Source: Octopus sinensis
Taxonomy: Eukaryota
Assembly (NCBI RefSeq): GCF_006345805.1
Contig: NW_021832492.1
Coordinates: 1 to 30,699 of the forward strand
DNA length: 30,699 nucleotides
Direction: 5' to 3'
The notes below the pieces were generated by a model, which searched no databases, was not told where the DNA came from, and worked only from the letters and a program-made list of their open reading frames with translations. Position numbers and translations under genes: made by a program. Below are positions 22,178 through 30,699 of the stretch, piece after piece; position 1 is the first letter of the stretch; the number at the start of each line of letters is the position of its first letter.

Positions 22178-22470
22178 CACTCTACTTTGCAGCATTCACC
22201 TCGGCTATTCACGCTTTGAGTTCGATTTCCAACGAAGTAAGCTTTGCTTTTCATTCTTTACTGGATCGATAACTAAGGTACCCGCCCAGTATTATAGTCG
22301 AACGAGCCTTCCTCTCTCTCTCTCTCTCTTTCTCTCTCCCTCTTTCTCTCCCTCTTTCTCTCTCTCTCCCTCTCTCTCTCTTTCTCTCTCTCACACACTC
22401 ATTCAGTCGGGCGCGCTTTCTCGGTCCCTCTCTCTTTCCATCTCCTTCACTCTCTCTTTCATTCTCTCTT

Positions 22471-22520
<50 letters not shown>
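21990..22520. repeat. (CT)n arrays interleaved with decayed SINE fragments
   Basis: Direct inspection. Confidence 0.85.
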
Positions 22521-22745
22521 AAGGCAAGATTTAAAATTCAACCGTTAAAAAAAAGTAAAAATTATGTCTCGATTCTTGATCTTGATAACACATTTCCTAT
22601 CTCGGTTTGACCGTCTGTCTGTCTGACTATTAATCTGTGTATGTACTTAATTTCGTGGAAACCAAATATTTGTTATTAAAGATAACAAATGTTGCATTGT
22701 TGTTATTATTATATTGTTGTTGTTATTATTGCTGTTGTTGCTGTT

Positions 22746-23150
22746 AAGGCCGCGAGCTGGCAGAATCGTTAGCACGCCGGGCAAAATGCTTTAGTGGTAT
22801 TTCGCACGTCGCTACTTTCTGAGTTCAAATTCCGTCGAGATCGACTTGGCCTTTCATCCTTTCGGGATCGATAAATTAAGTAGCAGTTACGCACTGGGGT
22901 CGGTATAATCGACTTAATCCGTTTGTCTCTCCTTGTTTGTCCCCTCCGTGTTTAGCCCCTTGTGGGTAGTAAAGAAATATGTATTTCGTCTGCCGCTACG
23001 TTCTGAGTTCATATTCCACCGAGATCGACTTTGCCTTTCATCATTTCGGGATCGATAAATTGAGTACCAGTGAAACACTGGGGTTGATGCAATCGACTCA
23101 TCCCCACCCATCAAATTTCAGCCCTTGCGCTTTCAGTATAAAGGGCTATT
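22746..23150 (+). mobile_element. Dimeric SINE family D
   Basis: Full monomer, then a second A-box-less monomer from 22981 with a different tail (AAATTTCAGCCCTTGCGC). Confidence 0.85.
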
Positions 23151-23182
23151 GTTTTTGTTGTTAAAGTTATTGTTGTTGTAAC

Positions 23183-23502
23183 GAGAGCGTCGGGATCACA
23201 ATCACGAGGTTTTAAATTCGATTCCCGAACCGAGTTGGGTGTTGTGTTCTCGAGCAAAATACACACGTTGCTTCGGTTCACTCAGCTGTAAAAATGAGCT
23301 GCGACGTCACAGGTACCAAGCTGTATCGGCCTTTGCCTTTCCCTTGAATAACATCAGTGGTGTGGAGAGGCGAGGCTGGTATGAATGGGCGATTACTGGT
23401 CTTCCATAAACAACCTTATCCGGACTCGTGCCTAGGAGGGAAACATTTTAGGTGCAATCCCATGGTTTTTCATGACCGAAAGGGGTCTTTACCCTTTACT
23501 CT
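23183..23502 (+). mobile_element. SINE family B copy (5' degenerate)
   Basis: Colinear with 12682-13012 and 20485-20836. Confidence 0.85.
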
Positions 23503-23977
23503 ATTTAATTACAGTCCACCCCTACACATGATGGTTCTCCATCGGTTTAGGATGATTATTCAATTGATCAATCGACCGCACTCTTTTGCTCATTTAACGA
23601 GCACCCCTATTGTGCAGGGGTTACAACGTACCCTACAGGTACGGGTGCTTTTTACATCTAGCCCCTTCCCCAAGCAGTATCAAAGTAATACTGCATTTAT
23701 TATCACAGAGACGTAGCTAGAGGGAGGTCTCATCCATCCTTGAGTCAGTCCCACACCATCCTCCCCGAAGATCAATACAGCTTACGCTGGGTTATACAGT
23801 AGAACCAAAAGTACCGACCCCATACAAGCGTCACCCCGAGTAGACCACCCCTTTGCTACTAATCTTGTCTCTCCTGCACCCACAGCACAAACACATAGAC
23901 GCACACAGACTTATATAAATGCATATACATACATACCTATATATATATATATATATAATATATATATATATATTATA

Positions 23978-24013
<36 letters not shown>

Positions 24014-24142
24014 TGTATGTATGTATATATGTATTATGTATTTATTTATGTATGTATGTGTGTGTATGTGGGCATATATATAATATATATATATATATAT
24101 TATATATATATATATATTATATATATAATATATATACATATA

Positions 24143-24310
24143 CTCGACGGGCTTCCACAGTTTCCGTCAACCAAATTTACTTCTAAGGACTAGTTCGGCC
24201 TTCAGCTGTAGGAGTCGAGACGCTTTCTCAAGATGACACGCACTGGAAGTGAAACCGAAACCACGTCGTTGCAAAGCTAGCAGCTAAACCACACAGCCAT
24301 TCTCAGACCT
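24143..24310 (-). mobile_element. Decayed head of SINE family A
   Basis: CGACGGGCTTCCACAGTTTTCCGTCAACCAAATTTAC...AAACCACACAGCCA. Confidence 0.7.
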
Positions 24311-24674
24311 ATATGCCTTCTTTTTTTTTTTTTTTACTTTTCCCCGTTTTTTTATTTCAGAAGTGATTGGGAAAGATATGACCGCTATTTCTAACAGGTC
24401 GAGTCGAAGAACCATGTAAAGGCTCTCCTTCGCTCTCTTTCTCTCTCTCCCTCCCCCCTCTCTCTCTCTATTTATCTATCTCTGTATCTATTTTCTCTAT
24501 CTTTCTATCTCGCTTTCTCTTCCCCTCTCTCCCCCTGTCTCTCCTTCGCTCTCTCCTCTCTCCTCTCTCCTCAAACAAACAAACTCATTATGATATCCGG
24601 CGACAATTCCAAGAATCCAAGTCACAGAGTTCTTGTAAATTAGATTAATACCAGTGCTATCTGCCGCCATAGCC

Positions 24675-24742
24675 CACTCAAGTGACACTTGAGTGAACTA
24701 TAATGAAAGATCTCACCGCTATCCAACACTCAAGTGACACTT
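24675..24742. promoter_or_regulatory. Perfect palindrome plus partial repeat carrying NK-2-type TCAAGTG sites (function unproven)
   Basis: CACTCAAGTG-A-CACTTGAGTG at 24675-24695; CACTCAAGTGACACTT repeated at 24727-24742. Confidence 0.3.
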
Positions 24743-24852
24743 CACATATGTCCTTACATGAGACATTTAATCTGTACTATGTCTATATATTCTTATGTAT
24801 AGAGTGGTGATTGTTATTTATTTTTAATATATTGTTAGTATTTTGTTTATAT

Positions 24853-25036
24853 TTATCATTTATCCTTCGCTTATTTCAGTCATTGGACGCCGGCCATGCT
24901 GGGGCTCCACTTTGAAAGTTTTTTTTTCTTTTAGCTGTACAAATCGACCACAGTATTTTTTTTATTTTTCAAGTCTGGTATTTATTCTATCGTTCCATTT
25001 TGCCGAACTGATAGGTTACAGAGACGTAAACAAATC
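24853..25036 (-). mobile_element. Decayed 3' half of a family A-like SINE
   Basis: TTATTTCAGTCATTGGACGCCGGCCATGCTGGGGC...TTTTGCCGAACTG...GACGTAAACAAA. Confidence 0.7.
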
Positions 25037-25039
<3 letters not shown>

Positions 25040-25071
<32 letters not shown>

Positions 25072-25289
25072 TGTATGTATGTATGTATGTATGTATGTAT
25101 GAATGCATGCATGTATGTATGTATGTATGTATGTATGTAAGTATGTATGCATGTATGCATGCATGTATGTATGTGCGTGTGTATGTATGTGTGTATGTAT
25201 GTATGTATGCATGTATGTAAGTATGTATGCATGTATGCATGCATGTATGTATGTGTGTGTGTATGTATGTGTGTATGTATGTATGTATG

Positions 25290-25320
<31 letters not shown>

Positions 25321-25610
25321 GTATGTATGCATGTATGCATGCATGTATGTATGTGTGTGTGTATGTATGTGTGTATGTATGTATGTATGTATGTATGCAT
25401 GTATGTAAGTATGTATGCATGTATGCATGCATGCATGTATGTATGTATGTATGTATGTGTGTATATGTATGAATGTATGTATGTATGTATGTAGGTATGT
25501 ACGTATGTATGCATGTATGTATGTATGCATGTATGTATGTATGTATGTATGTATGTATGTGTGTACGTATGTATGTATGTATGTAGGTATGTACGTATGC
25601 ATGCATGCAT
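25040..25610. repeat. (TATG)n array with higher-order 80-100 bp units
   Basis: Landmark AAGTATGTATGCATGTATGCATGC at 25139, 25219, 25319 and 25407. Confidence 0.9.
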
Positions 25611-25624
25611 CGCCAAGATTGACC

Positions 25625-25816
25625 GCTAAATCCACAATATTTTTTTATTCTCTCTCTTTTTATTCTCTCCCTGTTTATTTTCTTGTGTTCCTTTCTGTTG
25701 AAGAGCGTAGGCTCGAAACATCAAAGACTTTCTCACCTTCTCGAGCGTTAATCTAATACATCAGCTTGTTGCTTATACACCTGTCTTCGTCTTCTGTTTC
25801 TCTGTAAATTTCAACT
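25625..25816 (+). mobile_element. Penelope-type pseudo-LTR fragment with a minimal hammerhead variant (25691-25726)
   Basis: CTTT CTGTTGA A GAG cgtagg CTC GAAAC ATC AAAG; tail CACCTGTCTTCGTCTT ends at a TATG array. Confidence 0.6.
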
Positions 25817-25944
25817 ATGTATGTATGCATGTGTGTGTGTATATATATAAATAAATATGTGTGTGGGTGTATGTATGTGTTTATGTGTTTGTGCGTGTGG
25901 TTTTTGCTAAGCAGCGTCGATATTTACAATTCTGTAAATAATAA

Positions 25945-25961
25945 TAATGATAATAATAATA

Positions 25962-26026
<65 letters not shown>

Positions 26027-26027
26027 T
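25945..26027. repeat. (AAT)n microsatellite
   Basis: Direct inspection. Confidence 0.95.
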
Positions 26028-26264
26028 TATAAGCCTGAAGCTCATAAGCGAACACCGTGTAATGACTAAAGAAAATAGTCTAATATTGGGGCATATAGGC
26101 CCTAGACGGAAAAAAAAGGGTTTCTGTTCGCATGGGAAGCCCTCCTTTTTTTCCATCGTGGGCTTATGTGTCACAATATCAAACTATTTTTTAGTGATAA
26201 CACAGTAATCGCTTATAAGCTTTAAGCTTATAATAATATGTATATATACGTATATACATATATA

Positions 26265-26321
<57 letters not shown>

Positions 26322-26347
26322 ATATACATACATACATAATACATACA

Positions 26348-26381
<34 letters not shown>

Positions 26382-26534
26382 CATACATACATGCTCATTC
26401 TACATTGAGAGAAGGACGGGATGGACGCTTCATTTTTGTGTTGTTGCCGCATTATGTCGTACGCGAATGAGAGGATTTGCATCCCCAACGTAGAATTTTT
26501 GATGTAATACATGTCCTTGAAGCAGTAATTGTGC

Positions 26535-26612
26535 GCGGCTGAAGAAGGCCATAGACACACATTATGGATTGTTATAAATCCGTCTAATAAAGGCCCGAAA
26601 CATATGTACCGC
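26535..26612 (+). ncRNA. Near-intact type I hammerhead ribozyme in a short element (about 26395-26650)
   Basis: GCGG CTGAAGA AGGCC...TAGAC..ATGGATT/AATCCGT..GTCTA...GGCCC GAAAC ATAT GTA CCGC. Stem I GCGG/CCGC, palindromic stem III ACATATGT, triplet GUA; the first stem II position is an A.C mismatch. Confidence 0.78.
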
Positions 26613-26657
26613 TGAATCCTTGGCATCATGCTTTTATTTTGATAATTTTACATACAT

Positions 26658-26659
26658 AT

Positions 26660-26709
<50 letters not shown>

Positions 26710-26710
26710 C

Positions 26711-26789
<79 letters not shown>

Positions 26790-26948
26790 GATGGATGGAT
26801 GGATGGATGGATGGATGGATGGATGGATGGATGGATAGATGGATGGATAGATGGATGGATAGATGGATCGATGGATCGAAGGATCGATGGATCGATTGAT
26901 CGATGGATCGATGGATCGATGGATCGATGGATCGATGGATCGATGGAT
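26658..26948. repeat. Graded microsatellite (GATA)n > (GATG)n > (GATCGATG)n
   Basis: Direct inspection. Confidence 0.95.
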
Positions 26949-26959
26949 ATGTTTCAGTT

Positions 26960-27945
26960 CTAAGTTCGTTTACGATACAGTGAGTCCAAAACGGTGATAT
27001 GTATTGGTGAAATTATTGACAGCTTGTCGCAGTTCTAAGCATGAGTGACTGAGATTCACGTTGTCGTCGGCGTACCGAAGTTCTGAGATTCGCTTGATAG
27101 TGGTGAGGTTCTTTCGCCGAAACTTCACCAGGTTGAAGAGTCCTCCATCAAAAGAATATCTGATATCCCCTCCTGGCTGACCTGGGAGAAGTTCCTAGAT
27201 CATTGCAGCAAGCTAAAGGGAGAAAAGCATAGGGGCGAGAATATAACCTTGTTTCAATCCACATGTAACTGAGAAGTCTCCAGATAGTCGATCATGATGA
27301 AAAACATGTCCATTCACACTATCGTACAGGCCTTGGATCAGGGAGGCGAAATTATTTGGACATCAGAAAAGATCAAGGACCATCCACATAGTTGGTCTCG
27401 GTACGTCCCCTTCAGTTTTAAGGCGGCGAGCTGGCAGAAACGTTAGCACGCTGGGCGAAATGCTTAGCGGTATCTCGTCTGCCGCTACGTTCTGAGTTCA
27501 AATTCCGTCGAGGTCGACTTTGCCTTTCATCCTTTCGGGGTCGATAAATTAAGTACTAGTTACGCACTGGGGTCGATATAATCGACTTAATCCGTTTGTC
27601 TGTCCTTGTTTGTCCTCTCTGTGTTTAGCCCCTTGTGGGCAGAAAAGAAATAGGTACATTGTCAAAGCCTTTTCCTGATTATAGAAGACAAAGGAAAGAA
27701 GATTTTTGTTCTTCTCGAAATTTCTCTTTGATTCGTCTGGTACAGAAAACTACGTATATGGTTCCACACGGAGATTTTGGAAGAACTCTTTCTGTAACCA
27801 CCTGGAGATGGTCCAAAGATATTCTAGCAAAATATCTTTCCTACAATAATATGTAGCGAGATTCCACGGTAGTTTCTGCAAAATCTTTCTATTTCCTTTC
27901 TCGAATATACAGATCGTGGAGCGTCTTTCCGATCATTTGAGACCT
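26960..27945 (-). pseudogene. Decayed RTE-clade LINE reverse transcriptase, split by a SINE
   Basis: Minus-strand translation with stops and frameshifts: CRNYRGISL..GKIFARI...ERVLPKSPCG...EKAFDNV [SINE] VPRPTMWMVL...GLKQGYILAPMLFSL...DGGLFNL...ELRYADD (YADD at 27063-27074)...RFGLTV. Confidence 0.92.
27420..27654 (+). mobile_element. Young-looking SINE family D copy inserted antisense into the RTE RT
   Basis: Near-consensus head, central domain and tail; GGTAC occurs on both sides (27400-27404, 27653-27657). Confidence 0.9.
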
Positions 27946-28000
27946 GACGTGCTACGCATATCTTTAGAAACAGGGTGAATAAATAAATAAATAAATAAAT

Positions 28001-28192
28001 AGCGATCGTAATTTCAATTCCTAGACCGGGCGGTGCGTCGTGTTCTTGAGCAAAACACCTCGCCTGATGTTGCTGTATAATCAGTTCGACAGGTGACGCG
28101 TCGCACACCGTGCACCTGTTCACATAACGTCGATTTGCTGGAGAGAGTGAGCTAAATGTGCGGCATGAACATTTGATCACTATAAACAAATC
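28001..28192 (+). mobile_element. tRNA/CORE SINE family E fragment
   Basis: TTCAATTCCTAGACCGGGCGGTGCGTCGTGTTCTTGAGCAAAACAC followed by a 3' region unlike families B and C. Confidence 0.6.
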
Positions 28193-28455
28193 AATTTTTC
28201 ATCATATATATATATACTTAATTATATCAAAGGGAAATGGAAATCAATTAAAATTTTCATTTCCAGTGACCTAAAGTGTAAAAATTTAGTCCAAAGACTA
28301 TGTATTAGTCATACCGTGTACCTTTAAACGCATAAGGAATCCACTCGTGGGATTCAACATGCTAGAAAGAACAGCTAGGTTCTGTAACCACAAAATTAGG
28401 GATAAAATTCGACAGGAACGAAATGAAAAAATAAAAACATTTTACCATCAAGTTT

Positions 28456-28532
28456 CCTTGACCAATTGGTTTCTGAAATTAGTTTAGCAAGTAAATAGCA
28501 TTTACTCGCGAGGTGAAATCGTCTTCAACAAG
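28456..28532 (-). ncRNA. Degenerate hammerhead-like motif
   Basis: Minus strand: CTTG TTGAAGA...GCGAGTAAAT-GCT-ATTTACTTGC...GAAAC CAATTG GTC AAGG; stem III ACCAATTGGT is a perfect palindrome. C3 is changed to U and the base of stem II is poor. Confidence 0.5.
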
Positions 28533-28540
28533 TATATATG

Positions 28541-28620
<80 letters not shown>

Positions 28621-28762
28621 GTAATATATATATATATATATATAATATATATATATATATATGTGTGGTTTGTGTGTGTGTGTGTGGTGTGTGTGTGTGT
28701 GTGTCATAAAGCTTCCCGTTATATATATATATATATATAAATTATATATATAATATATATAT

Positions 28763-29795
28763 GGTCATTAAATACATCGGACTTTAAAAAACAACGACAT
28801 AAACATCAAATTCGAGATTGAACATCTAGACGAGTCCTGAAACCTCTCTCTACTCGACTTTCAACTCAGGATCACAGGGGAGGGTTCCATGGATACCAAC
28901 CTCTACAGAAAAGCCGCTAGCAGAAAACTTTTCGTCCACTACCAATCAGTCTTCCGCATCAGAGCCAAAGCTGCATACCTGAGAAACTAGATTACACGTA
29001 CAAACAATAATTGCAGTAAAGTGACCGACAAAGCCATCAACACCTAACCCTGAATGGCTACTCACCATCTTTAGCCAAACAACAGCGCCTGAAAAAGTCA
29101 GGGTCAATAAAACCCGGAAGAACCCTCGTATTCCCAAGTCCGGCACGTGCTTCCTAAAGCTACCACATTTTGACGACAGGACTCTTGCAGCGATACAACG
29201 CACAGACTGCAGGGGAGGACTCGACATACAGATAGTGCATACCAGCCCATCCCTGAGAAAATCTCTGTCCGCGAGCAATACCTTTCACTACTTCGAAGAA
29301 TGCACATTATCGAACTGCCCCATCAATGAACCTGAAATTTGCCAGAGGACCTATGTTGTATACGAGATCACCTGTGGAGAATATGGCGCATTCTATATAG
29401 GAAGCACAACAAGAACACTGCATATACGCATAAAGGAGCAGACACTTCCGTGAAAAAACATCTACGGAAACGCCAAACCCGGGACTTCACAATGCACATT
29501 AGGGCAACACAGTGCAACAGGGGCAACCTTAGAATCTCCGAGCTATCCTCATATGCCAAAGAAAACCAACCATCAACAACAGAAGAGAGTTGCAGGGAGC
29601 TAGCTGGTTGCTATGGCAACAAATTTCCGCGCATGCCCACTCCACACACACTTACACACATCTGCAACATTCGTTAATTTCTTGTGGATGGGGTCATAAC
29701 CCCCGAAATATTGAATGCCAAGTAAGTCTACATTAATTCACATATTTTGCCTTGCTTTTACTTCGCATTGTTCTGGCCTTACCCACAATTCTTTA
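28763..29795 (+). pseudogene. 5'-truncated, decayed Penelope-like element (RT C-terminus, GIY-YIG endonuclease, pseudo-LTR)
   Basis: NIKFEIEH..LSLLDF, NLYRK..RKLFVHYQS, LNGYS, FLKLPHF, then C-rich linker and VVYEITC....FYIGSTTRTLHIRIKE (29355-29445) and RKPTINNRRE, with stops and frameshifts. Degenerate hammerhead-like stem GGGGT-cata-ACCCC-C-GAAATATT at 29679-29715. Confidence 0.92.
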
Positions 29796-29818
29796 TACAA
29801 TATATATATATATGTATA

Positions 29819-30016
29819 GTTACTCCAAACATGAACAAAGAGAAAACACAACGCGAGAACGTGGAACAAGTATAGTATTACTGGACGCTTAGGAAAGAAA
29901 AGAAAGAAGGAGGATTCAACGTTTCGAGCGGAGCTCTTCATCAGAAACATAGAAAAAGGAAAGGTCCAAAGAGGGAAGACGAAGACGGAGAAAGAAAATC
30001 GCCAACGATACACACG

Positions 30017-30019
<3 letters not shown>
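29819..30019 (-). mobile_element. Penelope-type pseudo-LTR of another family with a minimal hammerhead (29914-29948)
   Basis: Minus strand GTTT CTGATGA A GAG ctccg CTC GAAAC GTT GAAT; both ends abut (TA)n. Confidence 0.7.
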
Positions 30020-30055
<36 letters not shown>

Positions 30056-30414
30056 CAAAATCAACTCGCAAGGCATTGGACTACTGCAGGGCCACAGTGG
30101 AGGAGGCTTGCCCAAGATGAGGCGCTGTGGGTTTGAACCTATTTTATACCTTCGCGGATTTACTTTTGGGATGAACATGAGCTTTTCTATAAGTGATTAT
30201 GATATCTCTGGTTAGTGAAAATGACACAAGTCCTAATTGGCTAATCTCAGTACAGAATAAGTGCACGTGTCATGTTTCACGATATATCTCTCTAAGTATC
30301 ATTATGGAATCGAATTTCGTTATGTTTAAGACTGAGCCTCAATATACTAGCATAATTGATAATCCGGTACATCTCATGAGCTGTAGTTGCCGCCTTAGCA
30401 GAATTCTACTATGT

Positions 30415-30416
30415 AC

Positions 30417-30447
<31 letters not shown>

Positions 30448-30668
30448 TGTATGTATGTATGTATGTATGTGTGTGTATGTATGTATGTATATATGAATGT
30501 ATGTATGTATGTATGTATGTATGTATGTATGTATGTATGTATGTATGTATGTATGTATGTATGCATGCAGGTCGTATGTATGTATGTATGTATGTATGCA
30601 TGCATGCATGGATATGGATGGATGGATGGATGTGTGTGTATCATCTATATATATATAATAGTGTGTGT

Positions 30669-30699
<31 letters not shown>
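30415..30699. repeat. (TATG)n, (GATG)n and (TG)n microsatellites
   Basis: Direct inspection. Confidence 0.95.

Noticed and set aside
110-30644. Most ORFs in the supplied track (YIHT, MYVC, LSLS, ERER, poly-His, poly-Asn, poly-Tyr types)
   Set aside because: They are stop-free read-throughs of microsatellites or SINE sequence with no recognisable domain; only the Penelope (29235-29677) and RTE (27824-28189) segments overlap real coding remnants.

Overview
Eukaryotic, AT-rich, non-genic-looking DNA whose repeat content (inferred from recalled families, not a database search) points to a coleoid cephalopod, probably Octopus. A large part of the window is microsatellite ((TA)n, (TATG)n, (CA)n, (CT)n, (GATA)n, (AAT)n, (CAT)n), and most ORFs in the supplied track are read-throughs of these arrays. 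I recognise no intact host gene, tRNA, rRNA or CRISPR array. The rest is a nested set of mobile elements: many tRNA-derived SINE copies of about six families, two decayed RTE-clade LINE fragments, a decayed Penelope-like element (RT C-terminus plus GIY-YIG), two non-autonomous Helitrons, a hAT/Buster deletion derivative with perfect TIRs and an 8-bp TSD, and a GG-terminated MITE carrying TTAGGG-type repeats. The most notable signal is about ten type I hammerhead-ribozyme-like motifs in short, mostly unrelated elements that usually end at (TA)-type microsatellites. One has a fully intact core and one is nearly intact. Several have large structured domain II insertions and palindromic stem III, one sits in the loop of a 99-bp inverted repeat, and one is split by a SINE. 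Penelope-associated hammerheads are a known class; the density and architectural variety here are what merit follow-up. All structures were folded by eye and no activity is demonstrated.
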